Shown: positions 7,729-16,537, counted from the stretch's first letter. The stretch is DNA of 32,000 bases from Ktedonobacterales bacterium (GCA_030167145.1 CP126532.1:1620001-1652000), one strand, 5' to 3'. Made by a program: numbers and translations. The notes: generated by a model not told the origin, from the sequence alone.

Positions 7729-8931
7729 ATGTTCGAGGGCGGCGATGCGGTGGGAGATGAGCGTTCACAGCCGGTGGCGGAGGTGGGACGGCAGTTTTTG
7801 CTGCGTTCGGGGATGGCATTTCTGAATCATGGCAGCTTTGGGGCGTGCCCACAGCCGGTCTTTGCGGAGTATCAGCGGTGGCAGCGGCGGCTGGAAGAGC
7901 AGCCGGTGGAGTTTTTGGGGCGGCGGCTGGATGGGCTGCTGGCGGAGGCGCGAGCGCCGCTGGCGGCGTATCTGGGGACGAGCGCGGAGGATGTGGTATT
8001 CGTGCCGAATGCGACGCACGGGATGAATATCGTGGCGCGGTCGCTGGCGCTGGCGCTGGAGCCGAGGGATGAGGTGTTGGGGACGGACCACGAGTATGGG
8101 GCGGTGGAGCGGACGTGGCGATTTCTCTGCGGGCAGCGCGGGGCGCACTATCGCAGCCAGCCGGTGGCGCTGCCGGTGACGGACGCGGCAACGGTGGTGG
8201 AGCAGGTGTGGGCGGGGGTGACGGCGCGGACGCGGGTGATCGTGGTAAGCCATATCACATCGCCTACGGCGCTGGCGTTGCCGGTGGCGGAGATCTGCCG
8301 GCGGGCGCGGGAGCGGGGAATCATCACGGTGGTGGATGGGGCGCATGCGCCGGGGCAGATGGATCTGGCGCTGGATGCGCTGGGGGCGGATTTCTACACC
8401 GGCAATTTGCATAAGTGGGTTTGCTCGCCAAAGGGGGCGGCGTTTTTGTATGCGCGGCGCGAACGGCAGCCGATGCTGGAGCCACTGGTGGTGAGCTGGG
8501 GGTGGGAGGCGCGGGAGCCGGGTCCGTCGGTATTTCAGGATTTGTTTGGGTGGATTGGGACGGATGATCCGGCAGCGTATTTGAGTGTACCTGCGGCTAT
8601 CGCGTTCCAGCGGGCGCACGATTGGGATGCGGTGCGCGCGGCGTGTCATGCGCTGGCGGGCGAGGCGCGCGAGCGGATCGCGGCGCTGACGGGGCTAGGG
8701 CAGATCTGCCCGGACGGGATGGCGTGGTGGGGGCAGATGTGCGCGGCGCCGCTGCCGCAGCGGGATGATCTGTCCGCGTGGGAACTACAAGGGCGGTTGT
8801 GGGAGGAGTATCAGGTGGAGGTTCCGCTGGTGGAGTGGCAGGGGTGGCGGCTGGTGCGGGTTTCGATTCAGGCGTATAACACGCCGGGGGATGTGGACCG
8901 GCTGTTGGCGGGGCTGACGAGGCTGCTGTGA
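7729..8931 (+). CDS. class-V aminotransferase (isopenicillin-N epimerase / cysteine desulfurase-like), PLP-dependent
   Basis: ATG at 7729 (start uncertain; the track ORF starts at 7657). FLNHGSFGACPQPV near the N-terminus. DEVLGTDHEYGAV, VVSHITSPTAL, DGAHAPGQ, and the PLP-lysine motif GNLHKW. Confidence 0.85.
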   Translation: MFEGGDAVGDERSQPVAEVGRQFLLRSGMAFLNHGSFGACPQPVFAEYQRWQRRLEEQPVEFLGRRLDGLLAEARAPLAAYLGTSAEDVVFVPNATHGMNIVARSLALALEPRDEVLGTDHEYGAVERTWRFLCGQRGAHYRSQPVALPVTDAATVVEQVWAGVTARTRVIVVSHITSPTALALPVAEICRRARERGIITVVDGAHAPGQMDLALDALGADFYTGNLHKWVCSPKGAAFLYARRERQPMLEPLVVSWGWEAREPGPSVFQDLFGWIGTDDPAAYLSVPAAIAFQRAHDWDAVRAACHALAGEARERIAALTGLGQICPDGMAWWGQMCAAPLPQRDDLSAWELQGRLWEEYQVEVPLVEWQGWRLVRVSIQAYNTPGDVDRLLAGLTRLL

Positions 8932-8980
8932 GGCAGAGCGATGGGCATTGGGCAAGGAGGGCATCGCGCCGTGGAGAGAG

Positions 8981-9011
8981 CGGACAGACAGGAATGTTTG
9001 TCCTACCATGG
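8981..9011 (+). repeat. REP-like element related to family C (GGACAGACA-GGAA-TGTTTGTCC hairpin), in a convergent gap
   Basis: 9-bp stem with one G.U pair on plus-strand RNA (8982-9003). The core cagacaggaatgt is shared with copies at 21062-21124. No U-tract, so terminator function is unproven. Confidence 0.6.
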
Positions 9012-9022
9012 CGTGACGCTGG

Positions 9023-9454
9023 TTATCGGGGGAAGACGCGACCAAAGCGGGCGACGAGACGCATGTGAGTGGCGAAGGCGTCTGGGGTGATGGGTTTGAC
9101 GAGGAAGTCGTCGGCGCCGGCCTGGAAGACGGCGATTTTGTCGCTGACGGTGGTGCGGCGGGTGAGGGCGATCAGCAGGATGCGCTGTGTGGCGGGGGAG
9201 GTGCGCAGGGCGCGGATGAGTTCGAGGCCAGAGCCGTCGGGGAGGTCTAGCTCGGTGACGACGAAGGTGGGCAGCAGGTGGCTGAGGGCGGCGCCAGCAG
9301 CCTGGCCGGAGGGAACGATGGCGGTGAGGAATTGTCCGGCGAGCGGCTGGGTGAGGGCCTGGGCGCTGGCGAGGTCGGGATCAACGAGGAGAATGGATGG
9401 CAGCGATCTTCGGATCAGACGTCCGCCCGCATCGTTGTAATTGGCTGCGCTCAT
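9023..9454 (-). CDS. stand-alone response-regulator receiver (CheY-like) protein
   Basis: ATG at 9454 chosen (start uncertain; the long track ORF to 9799 is rejected as an N-terminal extension). SILLVDPD, phospho-acceptor context VVTELDLPDGSG, LIALT, and conserved Lys in DDFLVKP. No output domain. Confidence 0.8.
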   Translation of the reverse strand: MSAANYNDAGGRLIRRSLPSILLVDPDLASAQALTQPLAGQFLTAIVPSGQAAGAALSHLLPTFVVTELDLPDGSGLELIRALRTSPATQRILLIALTRRTTVSDKIAVFQAGADDFLVKPITPDAFATHMRLVARFGRVFPR

Positions 9455-9558
9455 TGCTCTATGCTCGTTTTCTCTGCTAGGGGTGTGGGTGTGTGTGAAT
9501 GTGGAACCGCGGTCCAGGGACATGTCCGGGCCGTGGTCGTGTCTATAAGGTTGGCTTG

Positions 9559-9567
9559 ATTGTATCA
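9559..9567 (-). promoter_or_regulatory. possible extended -10 element TGATACAAT upstream of the receiver gene
   Basis: Minus-strand reading of tgatacaat (plus attgtatca at 9559-9567). No convincing -35. Confidence 0.25.
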
Positions 9568-9662
9568 CTGATGTGAGTCTGCGTGGGGTGTGGCGACCAC
9601 ACAATGGTACTGAGATATGTGCGTTTGCTGTTGTGAGGGCGAAGAGTGGAGCGGTGCAGGTT

Positions 9663-10091
9663 CTAAACAGCTTTTGAGGAGTGGTCCAGGAAGAGGCGTA
9701 TCCACTTGGCGAGGATGCGTGGGTTTTGGGGCAGCTCGAACCGGTAGGGCTGGTCGTGGTCGCCACCAGCGCCACGCTCAATTTCCCAGCGGCGCGCATC
9801 CAGGATATGTGGTGCGGCGCTGGCGGCTGCTTTGTGCGTAGGGGGCAGAGCGGCGGCGGAGGACGGCGGCAAATGCCATACGGGCGCGGCGGCGGTCAGC
9901 GAGCCGCTGAGGAACAGGCGTACACGGTCGCGCAATTCTGTGGGGTTCTCGGCCTGGATGACGGCGAGCACCGCGGCGGACGTTCGTGCCTGGCGCAGAA
10001 GGCCGGTGAGGATCTCTTGATGGGGTGTGGGCAATCCATAGGTCTCCCACGCATCTTCAGTTTGCTTACGAATGACGACTCGATACCACAT
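9663..10091 (-). CDS. hypothetical protein (142 aa)
   Basis: ATG at 10091 with GGAG about 9 nt upstream. MWYRVVIRKQTEDAWETYGLPTPHQEILTGLL...RRWEIERGAGGDHDQPYRFELPQNPRILAKWIRLF. No family recognised. Co-oriented with the receiver gene. Confidence 0.55.
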   Translation of the reverse strand: MWYRVVIRKQTEDAWETYGLPTPHQEILTGLLRQARTSAAVLAVIQAENPTELRDRVRLFLSGSLTAAAPVWHLPPSSAAALPPTHKAAASAAPHILDARRWEIERGAGGDHDQPYRFELPQNPRILAKWIRLFLDHSSKAV

Positions 10092-10686
10092 GATGCTGCT
10101 CCAGTACCACCCCGTTACCCGTTGTCATGCGTCGCTCGCATGCCGCGCCGCTTGTAAGCGAGAGAGCTACTCAGCCAGATACGGATACCTCAGCACAGCA
10201 GGGTTGAGATGCACGGCACTCGCGCGTAACGAAGAATGCACACGCCGGTGGGCAATATGAATGAGGGACGGCGCGTAGCTCAACATATTGTAGCGGAAAA
10301 CGGCGAGGATGGCATAGCTTATGCGACTTTCATCTGTGGCGATACACAAGATATTGGGAGTGAGGGGGTGGATGGAGGTGGGGGAGCTGTGAGGCCAGCG
10401 CTGATAGCCTCATGGCAACGACGCGAGGGCTACACCGCTCCGAAGGGCTACGGCGCGCCATTTGTAGGCAGCGAGAAGCGTAGGTAAGAGACTGATCTGG
10501 CAGCAAACCAGCAGGATGCAGCACCGAACGTGCCACGCCAGATCCTTCAGGCCGACGAGCGTAGGTTCACGTTTCCTCAGAGAGCCGGATTTTGCCGGTA
10601 TGTTGTGTTGCGCGACATGTGCGCGATGTTTATGATCCACCACGATAGGATGAGCCGGTCACGGTTCAGAAAGGGAGTTGCTCAAG

Positions 10687-12378
10687 GTGGAAACCTATGA
10701 TGTGATCGTGGTGGGCGGAGGGGTATCCGGGGGGCTGCCCGCAGCGGCGTATTTGCAGAAAGCGGGGCTGAAAGTCGCGATCATTGAGGCGCGACCCGAA
10801 CTCGGAAACTTCTGCCCGACCCACGAGACCTGGCCAGAGACGCTTGACAGTCCACACGCATCCATCAACTTTTCGGGGAATTCGCCGGCCATAGAAGATC
10901 TCGAACTGGAGCGCTATGGTTACCGGCTGCGCACGACACCGGTGGTGCTGGGGACCACGCACCGCGACGGTACGAACTGCCTGATTTGCTATGACCCCGA
11001 ACTGACGGCGAAGAACTTCGCGCGGCACTCGCAGCGCGATGGTGAGACGGTGTTCGCCATCCAGAATCGCGTTTTGGAGAAGATGATCGAGATGAATGAG
11101 CTGGCGTTCTACAGCCCGCATCCCGATCCAGTGAAGTTGGAGCAGATTCTGGATCTGTGTTCCTATGTGACGGGTGTGCCGCTGGATGAGATGTCTTCGA
11201 TGACCGCGCCGGAACTGATCGAGCATTTGTTCGAGTCGGACCGGGTGCGGCAGACCTTCCTCTGCCCGGTGGCGCTGCACCTGCAGGGTGCGCCGCTGGC
11301 GCGCGGGCAGGGCGCGTTCGCGGTGGCGCTGAGCCTCTTCTATACCACGGGCATTGCTATCGGGGGCAATGAGGCGCTGGTCGAGGCGCTGGCGCGGTGC
11401 TTCCTGGGGTATGGGGGCACAATCTACACCAATTGCCCGGTGGAGCGGATCGAGGTGAAGGACGGCAAGGCGGATGCGGTGATCCTCGCGGCGGGAGCGG
11501 CGCTGCCGGGCGCGCGCTTCGAGGCGCGGCGCGCGGTGATTTCGGGCGTGGGGGCGCGCAAGACGCTGGAACTGCTGAGCGAGGATGTGGTGCGGGCGGT
11601 TGATTCGCGGCTGGCGTCGAAGATGAAGCACTGGAAGATGGATGAGCGCGGCTCGACGGTGACGTCGTGGCTGATCAATGGTGAGATGCCGTGGGGATCG
11701 GTGGATTTCGATCCGCTGATTGCGCGGGCACACTTGATCTATCGGGCGTATGACTCGTGGCAGGGAGCGAAAGACTATCTGGTGGCGATTACCACCAATG
11801 ATACGTGGCGCGCGTTTGGGAACATGATCGAGATTCTGGATTACGGGAAGTGCGATCCGAATGCGGTCTCGCCGGAGGGCTATCGGGTGATTCGCGGCGA
11901 GGAGGCGCTGCCCTATCCGCTGCGCGGCCTGGGTGGGCCGGAGGCATGGGATGGTGAGATTCGCGATGAACTGGTGCGCAGGCGCAACGAGGTGATGGAG
12001 TCTATTGCGCCGGGGTTCAACAGCCGGCTGCTAGATGTGTATCAGTGGACGCCGGTGGACATCTGGCGGGTGAATCAGGCGGCCACCTTCGGGCAGGTAC
12101 TGGGCGGAGACTTCTCAGAGGATCAGTGGATTCTGGACCGCATGCCCTATCGGATGCCGATTGGTGGGCTGTACATGTCCACTTCGACCTGGCCGCTGGC
12201 GTTGACCTGGATGGCGGCGGGATATAACGCGGCGCAGGTGGTCGCCGAGGATCTGGGGATTCGCAATCAGGGATGGTGGAAGGCACGCCCGGTCGCATGG
12301 TTCCTACACAACATTGGAGAGCTACTTGAGCCGCTCGCGGTGAAACCCATCGAGCGCCAGCCCGTGACTACGAGGTGA
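10687..12378 (+). CDS. FAD/NAD(P)-binding oxidoreductase, phytoene-desaturase (CrtI)-like family, paralog 1
   Basis: Rossmann dinucleotide motif YDVIVVGGGVSGGLPAAAYLQKAGLKVAIIE at the N-terminus. GTG at 10687 sits about 9 nt after AAAGGGAG (the track start is TTG at 10678; start uncertain). About 563 aa. Confidence 0.8.
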   Translation: METYDVIVVGGGVSGGLPAAAYLQKAGLKVAIIEARPELGNFCPTHETWPETLDSPHASINFSGNSPAIEDLELERYGYRLRTTPVVLGTTHRDGTNCLICYDPELTAKNFARHSQRDGETVFAIQNRVLEKMIEMNELAFYSPHPDPVKLEQILDLCSYVTGVPLDEMSSMTAPELIEHLFESDRVRQTFLCPVALHLQGAPLARGQGAFAVALSLFYTTGIAIGGNEALVEALARCFLGYGGTIYTNCPVERIEVKDGKADAVILAAGAALPGARFEARRAVISGVGARKTLELLSEDVVRAVDSRLASKMKHWKMDERGSTVTSWLINGEMPWGSVDFDPLIARAHLIYRAYDSWQGAKDYLVAITTNDTWRAFGNMIEILDYGKCDPNAVSPEGYRVIRGEEALPYPLRGLGGPEAWDGEIRDELVRRRNEVMESIAPGFNSRLLDVYQWTPVDIWRVNQAATFGQVLGGDFSEDQWILDRMPYRMPIGGLYMSTSTWPLALTWMAAGYNAAQVVAEDLGIRNQGWWKARPVAWFLHNIGELLEPLAVKPIERQPVTTR

Positions 12379-12383
12379 TCGTT

Positions 12384-13958
12384 ATGGCCACAGAGCGATA
12401 CGACGTGATCGTCATCGGTGGAGGTCCGAACGGCCTGACCTGTGCAGCATATCTCGCCAGGGCGGGGGCGAGCGTGGTGGTGCTCGAAAAGCGGTTCGAG
12501 TACGGCGGCACGCTGTTCAGCGACGACTATTCCACCCCGTTTACGTATAATGTTGCGCAGTTTACGTTGCCATTGGGCAAGGATTTGCCGCCGTATGTGG
12601 ATCTGGAGTTGGAGCAGCAGGGGATCCGTCTGCTGGAGCCTGATGTGCCGGTGGCGTTTGTGCCAAAGGGGACGGGGAATGCGCTGATCGTCGGCCGGGA
12701 TGGGTCTGGGTTACCGGATGAATTGCGCGGGCTATTGGAGGCGGCGAGTCGTACAGTGTTGCCGCTTCTGTATACGCCGCCGGTTCCCATCGAGGAAGTG
12801 GAGCGGGCGCTGGGCGGGACGGATGACGGCAGGCGCGCACTCGACCTGGCGCGGCGGACGCCCAACGATCTGGCGCAGATGGCACAGGATGGGCGCGTGG
12901 GGGCGCTGTTGCGATATTTGTGCGGCGCGGTTGGTTACGTTGATGGCGGGGAGCCACTGGGAGTGCTGGGGGCGTTCGCGCTGGCGCGGCTGTTGCGTCC
13001 AGTGATCGTGATGGGCGGCTCGAAGAGCCTGGCAATTGGCTTGTTGCGGGCGGGTGTGGCTGCGGGGGCGCAGTACCGGCCGGTGGCCGATGTGTATCGC
13101 ATTGACGTGAGCGGCGGCGAGCCGCGTGTGATCTGTCGGGATGGACGGGAGTTCACGGCGCGGGCGGTGGTGTCTACGCTGGATCCCAAGACGACATTCC
13201 TGGAGTTGCTAGAGGCAGGCGCGGCGCCGGAGGCGTTACGGCAGCGGGCGACGGACTGGCGCGTTGATGCGGCGGGGTCGTTCGTGGCGCACTTCGGCAT
13301 CAAGGGTGAGCCGCCACGGCTGGCATCTGAGGAGGCGACACGTGCGCTGATACAGGTGATCGGGTTTGAGCATGAGGCGGAGGTGGCGGCGCATCTGGGG
13401 GCGTCGGCGCAAGGCCAGATGCCGACAACGCCCGCGGGTCATCTGTCGGTGACGACGCGCTACGATCCGTCGCAGGCGGCGCCAGGGCCGTATGGGCCGC
13501 TGCATACGCTGCGCTACGAGACCATTGTCGCGCCCAGGCCGGAGCAGGCATGGGATCGGCGACGGGCGGCAGAGTATCGCACGGACTGCTGGAATCTGAT
13601 CGCGGGCCAGACGAGTGGCTTGGAGCGTGTGCGGCTGCTGGCGGCGTTCGCGGAGAGTCCGCTGGATCTAGAGCGGCGGTTCCGCACGACGCGCAATGGC
13701 TCGGTGCGGCAGGGGATGCTGACGCGGGGCCAGACGTTTAATAACCGGCCATATGTAGACTGCGCGACGACACGCACGCCGATCCGGGGGGTGTATCTGG
13801 CTGGCGGTGGGGTACATCCGGGGATTCCGGGCAGCCTGGCTGGTGGCTATCTGGCGGCGGGAACGGTTTGCCGCGACCTGGGGCTGCGGATCTGGTGGGC
13901 TGAGCCAGCGGCGGTGGAGCGGATGCGCGCGGCGACGGGCGCAGCATCGCCGGCGTAG
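12384..13958 (+). CDS. FAD/NAD(P)-binding oxidoreductase, phytoene-desaturase (CrtI)-like family, paralog 2
   Basis: YDVIVIGGGPNGLTCAAYLARAGASVVVLEKRFEYGGT, and the C-terminal motif GVYLAGGGVHPGIPGSLAGG typical of this family. ATG at 12384 is 6 nt after the stop of paralog 1 (an alternative GTG at 12375 overlaps the stop as GTGA). Confidence 0.85.
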   Translation: MATERYDVIVIGGGPNGLTCAAYLARAGASVVVLEKRFEYGGTLFSDDYSTPFTYNVAQFTLPLGKDLPPYVDLELEQQGIRLLEPDVPVAFVPKGTGNALIVGRDGSGLPDELRGLLEAASRTVLPLLYTPPVPIEEVERALGGTDDGRRALDLARRTPNDLAQMAQDGRVGALLRYLCGAVGYVDGGEPLGVLGAFALARLLRPVIVMGGSKSLAIGLLRAGVAAGAQYRPVADVYRIDVSGGEPRVICRDGREFTARAVVSTLDPKTTFLELLEAGAAPEALRQRATDWRVDAAGSFVAHFGIKGEPPRLASEEATRALIQVIGFEHEAEVAAHLGASAQGQMPTTPAGHLSVTTRYDPSQAAPGPYGPLHTLRYETIVAPRPEQAWDRRRAAEYRTDCWNLIAGQTSGLERVRLLAAFAESPLDLERRFRTTRNGSVRQGMLTRGQTFNNRPYVDCATTRTPIRGVYLAGGGVHPGIPGSLAGGYLAAGTVCRDLGLRIWWAEPAAVERMRAATGAASPA

Positions 13959-14007
13959 CGCTGGGAAGCATGCCATTGGGGGCGAGAGTGGGATGTGGGG
14001 AAGGAAG

Positions 14008-14052
14008 GGCGCGGGCGGGAGTGGGATGCGTTCGCATCTCGCCCGCCGCGCC
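14008..14052. terminator. imperfect GC-rich inverted repeat in a convergent gap (putative bidirectional terminator)
   Basis: ggcgcgggcgggag ... ctcgcccgccgcgcc, pairing with bulges. It lies between the stop at 13958 (+) and the stop at 14063 (-). No clear U-tract. Confidence 0.35.
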
Positions 14053-14062
14053 CCTGCTGGCA

Positions 14063-14308
14063 TCATGCCCTCATGGCGCTGGGGGCAGCGGGTTGTTCCT
14101 GTTCTTCTTCGTCTGGTTGCGCGAACTGGTTGGGGTCTTCACCACGAGCGCGGGCGGCTTGGCGACGCTGCAAAGCCGCCTCGACCATTGCGGGGAATTC
14201 AGGGTTTTTCGCGGTGATCTCAGCGATGAGATCGTCCAAGTCATTCCGCTCGTCGTCCTCCCATACGTCGTGGTTATCCGAGGAGTTCGTGATAGTATCT
14301 CTGGCCAT
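14063..14308 (-). CDS. small acidic protein (81 aa), paralog of the 87-aa protein at 17969-18232
   Basis: ATG at 14308 preceded by GGAGGGAGGA. MARDTITNSSDNHDVWEDDERNDLDDLIAEITAKNPEFPAMVEAALQRRQAARARGEDPNQF.... About 65% identity by eye to the 87-aa paralog, and the similarity is also visible at DNA level. It starts 31 nt downstream of the hicA stop. Confidence 0.75.
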   Translation of the reverse strand: MARDTITNSSDNHDVWEDDERNDLDDLIAEITAKNPEFPAMVEAALQRRQAARARGEDPNQFAQPDEEEQEQPAAPSAMRA

Positions 14309-14338
14309 ACGAAGAATCCTCCCTCCAAGTGCCTCGTG

Positions 14339-14524
14339 TTACGGTAGAGGAATGTCAAGGTCGCGGCAGATTTTGCGCGCCAGCAGATCGGCAATCTCGG
14401 TATGACGTGGAACGGCGGAGGTACGGTTGTTCGCCGGATTAACGTATACCGAATGTCGTCCGCCTTCGCGCAACAGCACGCATCCGTGCTGCTGGAGATG
14501 TTTCATCAGCGCAGTTCGTTTCAT
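14339..14524 (-). CDS. hicA: type II toxin HicA (mRNA interferase)
   Basis: 61 aa. MKRTALMKHLQQHGCVLLREGGRHSVYVNPANNRTSAVPRHTEIADLLARKICRDLDIP matches the HicA/YcfA consensus (L...L...G....R..GSH.......G....VP.H.E....L...I.K.LGI). Confidence 0.9.
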   Translation of the reverse strand: MKRTALMKHLQQHGCVLLREGGRHSVYVNPANNRTSAVPRHTEIADLLARKICRDLDIPLP

Positions 14525-14530
14525 GCACGG

Positions 14531-14752
14531 CTAGACCGTTACATCTAACGATTCGCGGATAACAGACTTGCCGACGCTTTCGCGGCGCGCCAACTCGCGA
14601 TTAGCTTCGATGATGAGTGCGACCGCTTCTTTCAGGTTTTCGCGCGCTTCATCGAGTGTGGCGCCCTGGGTGTTCGCGCCGGGCAGTTCCTCGACGTAAC
14701 CGACCCACCAATCGCCATCACGCTCGAAAACGGCGGTAAAGGTATTGGTCAT
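14531..14752 (-). CDS. hicB: HicB-family antitoxin, short form (73 aa, no obvious DNA-binding domain)
   Basis: FTAVFERDGDWWVGYVEELPGANTQGATLDEARENLKEAVALIIEANRE is the HicB/UPF0150 N-terminal fold motif. The protein ends about 20 aa later without an RHH/HTH-sized extension. GAGG RBS 6 nt upstream. Confidence 0.85.
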   Translation of the reverse strand: MTNTFTAVFERDGDWWVGYVEELPGANTQGATLDEARENLKEAVALIIEANRELARRESVGKSVIRESLDVTV

Positions 14753-14767
14753 AGCAACCTCGTTTCA

Positions 14768-14804
14768 CTGGCGGCTTCCGCCAGCGTTGGTGTGATTCTA
14801 TCAC
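14768..14804 (-). promoter_or_regulatory. hicBA promoter/operator candidate: extended -10 TGATAGAAT inside the palindrome GTGAT-aga-ATCAC, followed by a 7-bp leader hairpin
   Basis: Plus-strand gtgattctatcac at 14792-14804 is a 5-3-5 palindrome containing attcta (TAGAAT on the minus strand) with TG one nt upstream. The hairpin ctggcgg-ctt-ccgccag lies at 14768-14784, just before the RBS. Confidence 0.4.
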
Positions 14805-14964
14805 ATCAAGTAGGAACATAAGATGCTGACGGCTGGCGAGCGCGGGTGGTGGTGATGCTGGCTGTGGCGCAGGCGCGCAACCCGCGCCCGATGCAATGGC
14901 GTATGCGCATGCTCTGGGCGCAGGGTTCGTTGTCGCGCGGCGTCAGCCGGTGGAATGGTGTGTG

Positions 14965-16422
14965 TTAGATGGCGGTGTCTATGGCGCCAGGGTTCGCGGG
15001 CGGGATGTTCTGGTTGAGGTGGAAGAGGTTGGTTGGGTCGTAGGTGTTTTTGAGGGCGACGAGCCGGGCGTACTGTGGACCGAACGCGCCGCGCATCATC
15101 TGGTTGCCTTCTTCCTGGAAGCCAGCGAAGTTGAGATAGCGACTGCCATCAGAGAACTCGCGCATATCTTCGACGAACTGGCGCACCCAGCGGATATTGG
15201 CGGCGTCGTCGCGCGGGTCCTCCCAGTTGGCTTCGGGGTTGAGCAGGAACGCCGCGTCGCGTCCGTGGAAGGCGGCCTCGTCGGCGCTGGGGCGCCGCAC
15301 CGCGCCGCCAATGTGCCAGAGGTCGGTGGTGCTGAGCACGGATGGCTGCTGACGAGCGTGCTCGACGAGCCGGTTGATGACCGCGTCGTCCAGCCGTGTG
15401 AGGTTGAGTGATTTCCAATAGTAGCGCAGGCCGTCCGGGAAGTCGGCGTCGAACAACTGCTGAGCTTCGACGTATGGCTTGACGCCGCTAAAGTCTAGCA
15501 GCGGCGTGCCGAAATCTATCAGCGGACGCAGGGCGCGCTGCCCCTCGGCGACAGGTCCGGCGTAGAGCGCGCCAAAGAGGACAAAGGGACGGTGGTGGAT
15601 GGCGGCGGGGTAGATCTCATCCTGGGGCGGGATGATGCCGCAGACGGCGATGGAGTTGATCGCGTTGGGGGCGGTGGCGCAGAAGTCGCGATAGAAGCGG
15701 ATGGCGCGCGCCATGTGTTCGCCGCTGCCGTCGTGGAAGACGAAGGCGAACATGACTTCCGGCCCGACAGGACGCAGGCGATACTCGAATTCGGTGACGA
15801 CGCCGAAGTTGCCGCCGCCGCCGCGCAGGCCCCAGAGGAGGTCGCGGTTCTCGGTTTCGCTGGCGCGGATGACGCGCCCATCGGCGGTCACGACCTGGGC
15901 GGCTACGAGGTTGTCGCAGGCAAGGCCGTAGGTGTTGCGCAGCCAGCCAAAGCCGCCGCCAAGCGTCAGCCCGGCGATGCCGGTGCGTGAGTAGACACCG
16001 CCGGGGGTCGCCAGGCCATGCGCCTGGGTGGCGGCGTCCAGCTCGCCCCAGGTGACGCCGCCTTCGGCGCGGGCGAGGCGGGCATCGGGGCTGACGGTGA
16101 TGCGCTTCATCGGCGAGAGGTCAATGACCAGCCCGTCATCACAGGTGGCATGGCCGGCGACGTTATGGCTGCCGCCACGCACGGCGATGGGAAGCCGCTG
16201 CTCACGGGCATAGGTCACGGCGACGACGACATCGCTCGTATCCTGGCAGCGAACGATGAGCGCGGGACGGCGGTCAATCAGGCCATTCCAGACGGCGCGC
16301 GCTTGATCGTAGTCGGTGTCGCTGGGGCGAATGACGCGCCCACTCAGGCGTGCGTCCAGCCCGGTGATGGTGCTCTGGTTTATGGTGGCGCTGGCATCGG
16401 GAGTTTCGCTGTGTAGTTCCAT
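14965..16422 (-). CDS. FAD-linked oxidase with C-terminal berberine-bridge-enzyme (BBE)-like domain
   Basis: ATG at 16422 preceded by AAGGAG (the track ORF to 16542 is rejected). GRVIRPSDTDYDQARAVWNGLIDRRPALIVRCQDTSDVVVAVTYAREQRLPIAVRGGSHNVAGH is the PCMH-type FAD-binding domain. C-terminal KNTYDPTNLFHLNQNI is the BBE motif. Confidence 0.88.
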   Translation of the reverse strand: MELHSETPDASATINQSTITGLDARLSGRVIRPSDTDYDQARAVWNGLIDRRPALIVRCQDTSDVVVAVTYAREQRLPIAVRGGSHNVAGHATCDDGLVIDLSPMKRITVSPDARLARAEGGVTWGELDAATQAHGLATPGGVYSRTGIAGLTLGGGFGWLRNTYGLACDNLVAAQVVTADGRVIRASETENRDLLWGLRGGGGNFGVVTEFEYRLRPVGPEVMFAFVFHDGSGEHMARAIRFYRDFCATAPNAINSIAVCGIIPPQDEIYPAAIHHRPFVLFGALYAGPVAEGQRALRPLIDFGTPLLDFSGVKPYVEAQQLFDADFPDGLRYYWKSLNLTRLDDAVINRLVEHARQQPSVLSTTDLWHIGGAVRRPSADEAAFHGRDAAFLLNPEANWEDPRDDAANIRWVRQFVEDMREFSDGSRYLNFAGFQEEGNQMMRGAFGPQYARLVALKNTYDPTNLFHLNQNIPPANPGAIDTAI

Positions 16423-16537
16423 GATGTCGCTCCTTAGGGGGCGCTCCTTGCGCCCGCCTGTTTTGAATCGAAGTATGGGTGGGATTGGGACTTCGGAAGG
16501 TGGAGGGGAGATGTGTGCGCATGCTGCTCTTAGTGAG

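Noticed and set aside
6491-8191. 566-aa minus-strand ORF spanning the phosphoesterase and aminotransferase genes
   Set aside because: It is antisense to two genes with clear family motifs. Its translation is Pro/Arg/Ala/His-rich low complexity with no RBS-supported start. This is a typical high-GC shadow ORF.
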